A stretch of DNA of 64,000 bases from the NCBI RefSeq assembly GCF_028641065.1, contig NC_073407.1:15252001-15316000 (forward strand). The letters run 5' to 3'. The number at the start of each line of letters is the position of its first letter. Within the stretch, counting starts at the first letter, position 1. Origin of the DNA: Leucoraja erinacea. Its lineage: Eukaryota. The notes under the pieces were generated by a model. It was given only the letters and a program-made list of their open reading frames with translations, was not told the DNA's origin and searched no databases. Both the position numbers and the translations under genes were made by a program. Shown piece by piece: positions 50,297 to 61,840 of this stretch.

Positions 50297-52330
50297 CGAG
50301 GAACATATTGGGTTTGGCTATTCAGGCTGCCTACACTCACTGTTAACCTTCACAAGAGACTAATGGTCCTTGGATGAGGAGCAGTCAAGTTTCAACTTCA
50401 AGCTTATTGTCATGTACTTGAGTATGATAAGATATAGGCACATATAGAGACAGACAAACTGTGACTACCAGGTTTAAGAACAGCTACTTCCCTAACCTCA
50501 GTAACTATGATGTTTTATAGACAGTGTCTTTGTTTGCACTGTGGACTTTGATTTTGCACTATTCTGGGTTCTCAGTATTAGTTATTAATTTATTGTATGA
50601 GTGATAAATATATATTTACCTGTGTGTTATTGGATTAGCAGTCCTGTTCAGCTGCAGCAAGTAAAAATGTCAATGTTCTGTTGTCGGTGTGTTTAACATT
50701 TCTATACCGTCATCTTTTGGAATTTATCTGCCTGCATGAATCTGGGTTATAGTCTCACGAAATAAAGGAGAAAAATAAAATACAGATTACACTCTGAGAT
50801 CACTAAGTCTGCATTTCCAAGAAAGAGACAGCTTTGTTTTTAAAGCAAACCCGTTCTTGCAGCCCTGAGTTTTTTTTTTGCGACTAGCTTCAATTCCTTC
50901 ATTTCTTCTGTGGGAATAAAGAGTCCAATTCAGGACAGACATGGACATCCATCCCTCCCCTCCCCTCCCCTCCCCTCCCAAAATACAGACACAGTGGAGT
51001 ACACAATTAGAATCCATATCTGATTGGCTGGATGGTCAGTTGCTTTAAAAATGTTGGTCCCTCCTTTATCCCTAACAAGCCTCTACTGTGTGAGCTGTCC
51101 TTTGCTCCAGTCTCTGCTTGTCCCCGCTGACTGCACCATTCCATCTGGCTCCCTTCGGCATTCTTCTCATCACTTGACCTTCGCCCCTTGCAACGTCCAG
51201 AGTTCCTGCAGAGTGGCCCTGAAGGTCGGCTTGTCCAGAGCTGAGACAAAGCATCCACTGTCCATATCTGTCTGAGACTCTCCAGCCACAGAAACGCTGC
51301 CTCTCCCAAACAACACACCAAGTTTTTAAAACCAGCAGAGAAGCTCGATGTGTTTGAAGGTAACAGCACAAAGGGATCTGTTCCGCACCTGGGGCACGGA
51401 ATCGCAGTCACAGGTACTTTAAATAACCAACAACTTCTACAGGTATAAACTGTATTGCAACAAATTGTAGAGTTTAATCTTTCTTTAAAATCCATGTAAA
51501 TGGTGGCAGTTAGTTTGCATGTCTCGCTCTCTAATTATGTTCAACTAGTTCCACGGGATGCGATCAATATTTATCTCAAGAATCGATGTGAAGACAACCT
51601 AATTCTACTAACTCAGCATAGTGATAACTGCTTCAGCGATGAATCTGGATAAAGGCAGATCTATCTGCTTTAGATTGTCATAATCAATATGCCAAAAGGG
51701 TCTCCTGATTTATTTTAGTTCAATCATTTTCAATCGCCACCTGAAGAGGCTGAGTCAGCCTTATGTGCGGTAACATGACTGTCAAAGAATGCCCAGTCAG
51801 ATAACAAGTTGCCCCTAAGGTACCCGTACCATACGCTGGCACGAACTTGATAGAAAAAACAGGAGAAAAATAGATTCCAGTTGCTTACTGCATTTGATAT
51901 GAGTGTCATCTTATGGATACCCTGCAGCTCCAGATGTCCCTTGGGTGTGTTACAGACTAGTTTTCACTACATTTTAAAGGGATACTGATATAGTTTATAC
52001 TATGAGGAGGCTCCCTGCTTTATGAGTTATATTCGTGTGTAGCTTCATATTGGATCCATTATTTCGCACATACTACACTATTGTTTAATTATATTGGCCC
52101 TAGTTGCAGTACAGTAAATTCAGTTGTAAGACATTCAGTGGCTCCATACTTCCTGTCATCTAATGAAGAAGTGTGTTTTCCCATACAGTGCCCACTGTTC
52201 TTAAAGGAACAGTCAGACCATTGAAGAACAAGATTACTCGGATATATATATATCACATAAGAATATTTCAAGTTAGTGAGAGGCAATGAGGCTCAACAAC
52301 TTCCTTTCGACTGATCTCTAATCCTGCATA

Positions 52331-52544
52331 TGTGTAGGAAAGAACTGCAGATGCTGGTTTAAATTGAAGGTAGACACAAAATGCTGGAGTAACTCAGCGG
52401 GACAGGCAGCGTCTCTGGAGAGAAGGAATGGGTGACGTTCTGGGTTGGGTCTGAAGAAGGGTCTCGACCCGAAACGTCACCCATTCCTTCTCTCCAGAGA
52501 TGCTGACTGTCCTGCTCAGTTACTCCAGCATTTTGTGTCTACCT
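52331..52544. mobile_element. Inverted Penelope terminal-repeat pair containing an intact hammerhead core
   Basis: Long inverted arms around ctgaagaagggtctcgacccgaaacgtc. Confidence 0.8.
52446..52483 (+). ncRNA. Candidate minimal type I hammerhead ribozyme
   Basis: Stem I UGGGU/ACCCA; core CUGAAGA(A); stem II GGGUC-UC-GACCC; GAAAC-GUC cleavage triplet; essentially no helix III loop. Confidence 0.6.
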
Positions 52545-52579
52545 CTAAATCTGCATTCTCTTTTGGTCCAGTACCCTTA

Positions 52580-52804
52580 TGCCCCTGTCCCACTTAGGAA
52601 CGCTGAATGGAAACCTCTGGAGACTTTACGCCCCACCCAAGGTTTCCGTGCAGTTCCCGGAGGTTTTTGTCAGTCTCCCTACCTGCTTCCACTACCTGCA
52701 ACCTCCGGCAACCACCTGCAACCTCCGGGAACCGCGGGAAACGTTGGGTGGGGCGCAAAATCTCAGGAGGTTTCCGTTCAGGTTTCCTAAGTGGGACAGG
52801 GGCA
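52580..52804. mobile_element. PIF/Harbinger-type MITE
   Basis: Long TIRs tgcccctgtcccacttaggaa / ttcctaagtgggacaggggca; TTA duplicated on both flanks (52577-52579, 52805-52807). Confidence 0.9.
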
Positions 52805-55153
52805 TTAGGGTTTGATCATTTATAGCACAACTTGTGCAAAATAAAACTGATTTCTCTTTTCACTTCAAATTTTCCTTGTTTTAGATGCTTTCTTCCAACA
52901 TTAATCTCTAATACTTGGATTATTTCTGTTTTTCAACTATGCCCTTCAAAGCCAACTACATTACTCCTAAAGATTCCCAGAATTATTACAGTACTTAAAG
53001 CATGTTGAGTGACAACAAGTTTCATACATCCAACTAGTTTGTGAACTCAAGTGAGTGTTGTCACTTCATTGTATATGTTCATTGTATATACTTCATTTAA
53101 TCTAGGTTATTCCCAATCCTAGTAGAACGCCGAGAAGAGAGATACCTAGCCATATAATATCTTGTTTGTGAAATGCAAGTCTTTGGAAATTAAAATGTTA
53201 CAGGCGATCTAATATTAGCTTACAAGATGGTGTGATGCGCATGTATTCAAAATAAATCTGATATCTTACTCAGACACTAGGACATTTGCCAAAACCATGA
53301 CCGTAGAAGAACATTATAAGGAGTATCTAAAAAGAGAATGAAGATAGATTCATGGAAAATTCACAGTATAGGATTTTTGAACAAATTTAGGGAAATTCAG
53401 AGATTAGGGCTTGCAGTTGAAGACGGTTCAGGAAGAGAAGTCTTCAAAGTGATCAGATATTCCATTAAAGATAATGAAGGATTCTGATACTAAATGACAA
53501 TGAAAGAAGTAAAATCATGGATCCTCCAAAGTGCAAGGTTGGTGGGATGGAGAAAAGTTAATATTCCCTCTGGTCGACTGAGTTTCAAAACCAGAGGTCT
53601 GTGATTTTAATTCATTAGCAGAGGATTTGTAGAAGAAGAGAATTCTTTTCATCCAGGACACTTGACCAGAAAAGGAAGTGGAAGCTCAAGCTGCTGCTGG
53701 GCAAATGGGATCCAAAATTGGCTCGATAGCAGGAAGAGAAAGGCAACGGTTGAAAGGCACTTTTAGGACAGGAATGACCTTTCCAGTGAGGTTCTGCAGA
53801 GCAGCACTCAGTCAAATATTGTTTGCAGTATATGTTAATAATTTTGATAAATGCAATGTAAAGGCAAAGCAGTGCTTGGTGGGGAGAGGGATTCTGCACA
53901 CTGTCTGGAAAGGTGTTTGAGGTAGAAATCTTCATTACATTTAAATATTATCTGAATGAGCTGTGGCCTGCAGGAACATACACCTGCTCCCACAACTGGT
54001 GTTGGCCAGGCTTTTCCAACTGTCATGAACATGATGGGCTGAATGGTCTTTCTTGTGTTGTCATGTTCTGTGAATCCATGAAAAAGCAGAGTTGCAAGCC
54101 AGTACTGTGACGGTGGACAAAATGGCCTCCTGACCCGCAGGTTTCCAAGATTCTCTGGAGTCTTTCTTTTATTGGCATTCAAGGCAGTAGTCTTGGGAAA
54201 ACTAACAGTAAAGTGGTACCTGAACCACCCCGCCCGTCTCTACAAGCAGCATCTAGTGAACCCTTTATACAGGCCACCTGCTACCACCTTGCCGTTACAA
54301 CGCTGTTTGTAGTATTTATGGTTTGATGTCTGCAGGGGACCCTCAGGCTTTCATTTCCTGATTCGTACATTTGTGCAACACTTGTTTAAAATAACTTGGT
54401 CTACAGTTTTAAAATATTTCATCAATGTCTGAAGAAGGATCCCCACTCAAAACATCGTCTGTCCATTCCCACCATAGATGCTGCCTGACCTGCTGTGTTC
54501 CACCAAGACTGTGTTTTGCTCAAGATTCCAGCATCTGCAGTTACTTGCAATTCCACTGGTTTAAAATAGATAGGCACACAGCTGCATTAAAACAGCGCAG
54601 GAATGAACCCTGCAAAATAAAATTTAAACAGAGGAAATGAAAACCCTTTTAAAACTTGAGAATCAACGTACAAATTTACTTGTCCAAAAACAATTTAAAC
54701 TCAGATGCGATTCTGAGCAGCATTTATCCCTAGACTGGTATCACATAAATAGTAAATGTGGTCATCACATTGCTATTTGTGGGATGTATTTATGGACAAA
54801 TTGGCTCCTACGTTTCTTTGTGTTACAAGGCACTTCAAAATACGTATTGGGGAAGGGATGTGAAGCAACATCTTGAACTTGTGAAAGAGACTGTAAATGG
54901 GAGTCCTGTCCTGCTTTTAATCCTGTATGCTGCCTTTTTTACGGCCTACTACAAGCTTTCTTAAAATAAAAACAATGTACGTGCATTTCTGATGAACCTA
55001 ATTTTCAGCACAGTGCTTTAATACTTTAATTCGATGCCTGACTGCTATAAATAACTACAGCTGGGGAGAGCATTAACTGGTTGTGTGGTTTCTTTTGTGT
55101 ATTTAAGTCAGAGGTTGTTGGAGTTGCATGGAGAGAAAAAAACAGTGGTAACA

Positions 55154-55154
<1 letters not shown>

Positions 55155-55221
<67 letters not shown>
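55155..55221. repeat. Poly-C homopolymer (67 nt)
   Basis: Uninterrupted C run. Confidence 0.9.
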
Positions 55222-55794
55222 ATGGGATCAGAACTGAGTTCACAGATCTGTACAATTTGGCCTTTGTGGCCTGAAGGCCTCAGTTGGTTTGTGAGGATTG
55301 ACGTGCCTTCACTGATCTGAGCAATCAGTGGGTAGTCTTGGTAATTAATTCTGAAAAGGTGGATTGTGTTGATGCTGTGTCAGAGAGCTCTACTGGGCAT
55401 CTTATTCTCACGCAGTGTGTATATCTTTACACAAAGGGATGGCCTCTGCTCCATGGTGACTGTACACACTGGACCTTTAGAGCCATCAGGCTTTCCTGCA
55501 GTACTGATACTGCTCTGAATGAGGAACTGACTGGCTGTCGTCTTGCCCGGTTATCTGTATTATAGGACAGAGTATGGTCTCTCTCGCAGAAAGACAAATG
55601 CTTTCAAGCTGGCCACATGAGGGGCATGGATGCTTTGCACATGGAATGTGCAGACCTAACAAAACTATGAATATATAGAAAGAAAGAACTGGAGCTGTTG
55701 CTTAATGCACAAAATGCTGGAATAACTCAGCAGGTCAGACAGCAACTCTGGTAAACATGGACCCGTTTTCTTCAGTCATGTAAACTGGATGACA

Positions 55795-55940
55795 TTATCT
55801 TCTTCTTCTTTCGTGTGGCGTGCACAGCCTAAAGTTGTTGGACAACTTCTTCTATTTGATCTTCCGTTTGTGCACGTCGATGTGATTGCATTAGTCGAAA
55901 CAGGGCGGACCATGTGAAGGTTGCAATCTTCCACCCCGAT
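55795..55940 (-). mobile_element. Short repeat with (GAA)n tail, same family as 23590-23690
   Basis: Reverse-complement match to the 23590 copy; minus-strand 3' end ...cacacgaaagaagaagaag. Confidence 0.7.
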
Positions 55941-57259
55941 GACACTATGAATGCAAAGAAAGCCGTGCACCGTTTCTGTATTTCTTATCATTTTCATGAA
56001 TAAAGTTTATTTTTTGGAATATAATTTCAACTGGCCCATATCTTTCTGTGCCTAAACCCTGGTGGAATTCCAGGGCTCTAGGTGACTGTGACCCCAAAGG
56101 CCCTGGCCAACTTGCAACTCCCTCCCCAACTCCCACCTCACCGGCTTCACCTCCACCGACCTCAGGTAGCTGCTGCTCATTTGCAAAGCTGAAACCTGGG
56201 GCTGATGTGCCGTAAGATCAGTGAACTAGTCAAGTTTCTCGCTTTTCAGCTGGGACAGAATCATAAAATGTGCATATGCCCGATTTCCAGATTGTTGATG
56301 TCAATCCAATGGGATACCAGGGAGGCTAACTATTAACATCCAAATTTCTGTACCACACCAGCTTTGGTATCTCAGCTGTATTTCTAGTGGGACAACAATG
56401 AGTTTGCCTCAATTCTGTATAATAAATTGCATGTAACAGTGCTCAGTGTATTATCTACTACGCCTGTACTCGTCAGGGGGCGGGGACTGGGAGTTGGGTT
56501 TGTGTGTTGTAACTATTATTTACACAGACTGAACATAGATCATTTTACATTTAAGCCACTCTGTAGAGATTGCGTGGGTGGATATTCCCACACTCGGGTC
56601 ACTACAACCTCAGCCTTGTGTAAACTATAACTTCCCATATTTCCCACATTCTGAAAACCTTTTATTTATATTTTAAATCCCAGCTGTTACCAATTTAACT
56701 TAGTTCCACATTGGCCACAAGAGACTTATCGCCTCATAACCTGCACTCAAATAGCATTTAATACAATGGTTAATACAAACATCAGGAGCTTGGAATGGAA
56801 GTGCAGCTTTTATTAATAAAGAGTTCTAGAAACATAGCCACATGATCCATCCTGTCCCCCTCCAGTGAATAACAGCATGGATGTTCGCCAGAACGGGACT
56901 GAATCTCTCCGTGTTTACTCTTAGCTGGTTGGAGATATTCCTGTAGTTCTGATCACATGGTATTCTAATCCTGTGCCATTAAATTGCAGCCAGTTTGAAC
57001 ATGTGATGTCTGAAGTTTCTTTGCATTAACCTAATAAACATAAGTTGCCCTGGGGTTCAGTATATTTTGAAGTTTCCTTCCGGCTCTATTGCACGCAAGT
57101 ATCACTTGCCATTTGTGATGAAGTTCCCAAGGCATTATGTAAAATCATTTCTTTCTCCCCCTAGGTTTTGTAGAGTGAATCGCATCTCGATGTTCCCCAG
57201 TAAATAATTGCAAGATCAATCTTCCACCATTACAATACCCTCCACCCGCCACCTGCAAA

Positions 57260-57575
57260 CTTGTATCCCCCCCCTCCAGCTTTACATTTCACTCCTCCTC
57301 TCTTCTTATTTGACACCCTTTTGTCTCCTATTCACTTGAGCCTTTGTCACTTGCTCCAGCCATCAGCCAATCAACCGCCTCCCCTCCGCCAACTGTATCC
57401 ACCTATCAATTGGACGGTTTTGTTCCATTCCCGCCTCACTTTTCCAGCTTTCTCCTCTCTACTCCAATCGGTCTGAAGAAGGGTTCATCCCTCCACAGAT
57501 GCTGCATGACCCGCTGAGTTTCTCCAGCACTTCGTATATTACTCAAGATTCCAGCATCTGCAGTTTCTTGATCTC
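57260..57575 (+). mobile_element. Penelope-like 3' end (pyrimidine-rich tract plus terminal repeat, truncated hammerhead)
   Basis: Same architecture as 14420-14750; ggtctgaagaagggtt...gatgctgc..gacccgctgagtttctccagc. Confidence 0.7.
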
Positions 57576-58424
57576 AATCTTACATTATGTGTCCACTGAC
57601 AGGGACCCAGGTTGTAGGCACCTGTTCCTCTCCTGGCTTTGCACAAAATTCCTAAGCCAACACCATTATTCAGTCTTGCTACTTATTCCTTACAGAATCC
57701 ACTACAGATGGAAAGAAAGGGGAGTGATGGACGTAAACTATTAGTTCTTTGTAGCCACAGATCACAGGGCCACAAAGTTGGTGACAAGGGAAGGTGATAA
57801 GTTCAGCGAAAAACAGGGTGAATATGAAGTCTGGCCAGTTTTGTTGACATATTGCAGAAGACTCAAACAAAGCGAGCAATGGTAGATGGCCCATATTCAC
57901 TTTGCAGAATTCAGATGAACTCCCATTTATTTCCATTATATGAAAATCCATCTGACCTGAGCTCTTCCCTGCACCTGATAGTTTGCCGATCCATTATGCT
58001 TAACGTATTTTTCATATTTGGTTTTACAGTTGAAACTTAATAACTAACACTCTGATAAAAGTCCATGCATTTTACAACTGTGCAGGCCTTTTTCATTATG
58101 ACAGCATTGTTTCTTTCCTGAGTTGGGGATTGCCGCTGCTGATGACATTTTATAATGATCTAATGCAAGCTTCTTCACATTGTTTGTTCCCTTCACAGAC
58201 GATTGGTGTCGCCAATCTCTAAAGTTTTGACAATCGAAAATCAGTCAACATCTCTCAACCATGTCCAGCATCCAAATTTATCCCAGGCGTGACAAATATA
58301 GAGGTAAGCAAGTGACAGGGACTGAGAATCGAGATGACAGAGAATTTAATGTATTTAAACAACACAAGCTGCTGATGATGAGATCAGCTGTATTAACAGT
58401 CAAAGAAATTGATTAATGTAGACA

Positions 58425-58555
58425 GGTAGACAAAAATGCTGGAGAAATTCAACGGGTGAGGCAGCATCTATGGAGCTTTGCTGCCTCACCCGCTGAGTTT
58501 CTCCAGCATTTTTGTCTACCTTTGATTTTCCAGCATCTACAGTTCCTACTTAAAC
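58425..58555. mobile_element. Inverted Penelope terminal-repeat pair
   Basis: aggtagacaaaaatgctggagaaa..gggtgaggcagc / gctgcctcacccg..tttctccagcatttttgtctacct. Confidence 0.75.
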
Positions 58556-59299
58556 TTAATGTGGACAGTATAAGTTGGATTTAAATCCCAATTAAAGAAC
58601 AGTAAGTTTAACCCATTTGTGGGACGTAGATTGTGCTTTTTTCATAACTAACTAATTCATGACTAACTAATTTTTCATGACTAACTAATGGACAATGTCG
58701 AACTAATGAGATACAATCTGAAGGTCATCCGACATCCATGAGTGACAAAGTATTACAAGTGCACATATATTTGCAAAAAAATAGTAAAAAAGGGAGTAAT
58801 ATTCAGAATATTGGTAATATTGGAAATAGGATTATTCCACAGCATGGTAAAGAAGAATCATGCCTGGTTCACAATTGAATCCCAGGCCTTCCTAGATCAG
58901 AAGTGACCCATAAAACGCTTCAATGACTATTATAAACAGCCTTGTAAGCAGGTTACTGAGTCTGAAGAAGTCAGCTTTCCACGTTTCCCAGAGAAGCTGC
59001 CGGACCCGCTGAGTTACTCCAGCACCGTGAGCGTTGACGCAACAGCCTTTGTGAAGATTCAAAGGACTATGTGCAACTTGAATCAAGTGCAAGTTTTCAC
59101 ATGGGTTGCATTCCCGCTACTGGACCAGAGATAAAGAAACAAGGGAATGGGTTAGTGTAGGGATGTTGGAAGTGGGGGTGGTGCGTGGAGGCAAGTACCT
59201 GTACTAAACTAAGCAAGGAGACAGCTGATATTTAATCCTGGCTTATTTAATTAAGACATAAATTAACTCATGAGTCGAAAGTGTGTCAAATTTAAATTG

Positions 59300-60270
59300 A
59301 TAATAATAATAATAACTTTAATAACTTTATTTATAAAGCACTTTTAGGCAACATCAGTTACCACAAAGTGCTGTACAGTGGAAATCAACAAAAAGTTATC
59401 ACAAAACTAAAACCATTAAAACGACAGGACTATAAAAACAGTAAAAAATTAAAAGACATTAAAAGCACTAAAACAGGAACAAAGTCTCAGCCAGTGTCGA
59501 AAGCCAGTGAATAAAAGTGCGTTTTTAGGGAGGATTTAAAGATGGACAGTGAAGGGGCCTGTCTGATCTGCAGCGGCAAGGTGTTCCAAAGTGCCGGTGC
59601 AGCAACAGAAAAGGCTCTATCCCCTCTGAGCTTCCGCTTAGACCTTGGTACCTCAAGGAGCAGCTGATCCGCTGACCTGAGGCACCGGGTAGGAGCATAT
59701 AGGTGGAGCAGCTCAGAGAGGTAAGGCGGGGCGAGGCCATTCAAAGATTTAAAAACAAATAAAAGAATTTTAAAATGAACTCGAAAGTGCACTGGAAGCC
59801 AGTGAAGGGAGGCCAAAATTGGGGTAATGTGCTCCCTCTTTCGAGTTCCGGTTAAAAGGCGAGCGGCAGCATTTTGGACCAACTGGAGACGCGCCAACGA
59901 AGCTCGCGAGACTCCAGTGTAGAGCGCATTACAGTAATCCAGCCGAGATGTAATAAAGGCATGGATTACTGTTTCAAAATGCTGCCGCTCGAGAATGGGC
60001 TTCACCTTTGCCAGCTTCCTTAGGTGAAAGAAGCTGGACTTAACCACTGCGCCTATTTGTTTATCTAATTTAAAATCACTGTCCATCATAAAACCCAGGT
60101 TTAAAACTGTTGGCTTTTCAAACACTGCAAGTGGACCCAAGTCAACAGAGGGAGGTTCACGGCAGCCATTAGGGCCGAACAAAATCACTTCCGTCTTTTT
60201 TTCGTTAAGTCCCAGAAAGTTTAAGGCCATCCAGGACTTAATGTCCTCAAGACAAGACAGAAGTGATTTG
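59300..60270 (-). mobile_element. Young 5'-truncated L2-type LINE with an uninterrupted 247-aa ORF2 C-terminus (59487-60230)
   Basis: LNEKKTEVILFG..SRLDYCNALY..QLVQNAAARLL..HITPILASLHWLPV..FKSSLKTHFY; (TTA)n tail. Confidence 0.93.
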
Positions 60271-60844
60271 ATAAGATAATGATAGATAGAAGAGAACAGA
60301 TGCTATAGCACTTTTTTTCCTGCCTCGGTGAAACTCGTTTTCAGTTCTTCACCTCCCTCACTCTTTTCTTAAAGGACAAAAGTAACTTTGGAATTTCATA
60401 GCACAGTATCAAATTTTCATGCATTATGACCACTGATCACTGGTTGCTTGTAAATCACATTCAGTGGACAAGGAAAGCAGGCAGTTTTAACATATTAAGC
60501 TCCTATGTACAGCTAATGTCCATGTTGTATACTATAGGTAGTGCAATTGAAACATCAATGATAGTCAAACCCTGCAGAATTATCCTGATATTTTCTCAAG
60601 GTAGAGATTGCTGTTTTCAACATACATATGAGGGCCCCAAACAAAAGACTTACTTAAACAGTAGCAGCTCTCCCTCAGTAGCGCCCGCTCAGTATTACTC
60701 AAGCTCAGAGTAACAGGACAATACAATACAATACAATACAATGCCGTTTATTTGTCATTTGAACCTCACATGAAGTTCAAACAAAATTTGGTTTCTGCAG
60801 TCATACAAATCTCTGTGTGTCGTTTCAGAAGAGGATATAGTTTA

Positions 60845-61125
60845 GAGTTTTGAGATACAGCGTTGGAAACTGCCCTTCGGCCCATCAAGTCCACGCAACC
60901 ACTGATTACCATATATTATTTCCATGTCTTGTACAATATGAATTTACAGAAGCCAATTAACCTACAAACGTCTTTGGAATGTGGGAGGAAACCGGAGCAC
61001 CCGGAGAAAACCATTGTGGTCACAGGGAGTATGTACAAACTCCGCATAGACAGCACCTGTAGTCAGGATCAAACCCAGGGCTCTGGCGCTGTGAGGCAGC
61101 AGCTGTGCCGCTCCGCAACCCTTTT
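60845..61125 (-). mobile_element. tRNA-head SINE
   Basis: Minus strand cggcacagctgctgcctcacagcgccagag..gggtttgatcctgac head; same family core. Confidence 0.75.
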
Positions 61126-61466
61126 TTGGTGTGTACCATGACAATAATAACCTAAACTAAAACGATGGCCAAACAATGCTTTGCTCTGCTTCACTTGTGA
61201 GATTTATTTGAATTCTCCATTCTAATTTTCAATAATAAAAAAACAATATTACAATTTGTCATTTTTCCAACCCTCCAGCTTGTGAAAGTGTCACAAAATA
61301 GCCAACCTATTATTGGTGAATGACGTGATGAGTCACACAAACTAGCAGAGTGTCAGCTTTAGCTGCTGTGCACAGATAGTTGTCTGGTCACAATTGAGGT
61401 TATGGCACAGAAAAGTAAAGAGTGTGGCTGAGTATGTGTGAGGGAGAAGTTACAGACGTGGAGAGA

Positions 61467-61840
61467 AATGAATGAATGAATGAATCTCTTTATTGTCATT
61501 GCACATGGTACAACGAAATTTAAAAGTCAATCCCACGGTGCGATTCACAAGAGCAGTTTTAAATATATAAGATAAGGTAAAAATACATACATATAAAAAA
61601 AAAAATTAAAAAATTACAGATAAATAACAATAGCAGCTGAGGTAGAGCCATTCAGTTGAATGTGAGTGTTATTTCTTATTTTGCATTATTAAGTTCACGT
61701 ATGGCTATGGGGTAGAAGCTGTCTCTGAGTCTGTTTGTGCGAGTTTTGAAAGACCTGTACCGTCTGCCAGAGGGCAGCAGGTGGAACAGGTTGTGTCCAG
61801 GGTGGGAAGGGTCCTTCAGGATGTTGGCTGTCCTGCCAAG
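61467..61840 (-). mobile_element. Rex1-type LINE 3' end
   Basis: (gaat)n tail followed by tttattgtca; HPGHNLFHLLPSGRRYRSFKTRTNRLRDSFYP remnant on minus. Confidence 0.8.

Noticed and set aside
55026-55320. Poly-Gly / poly-Pro ORFs
   Set aside because: Translations of the C homopolymer
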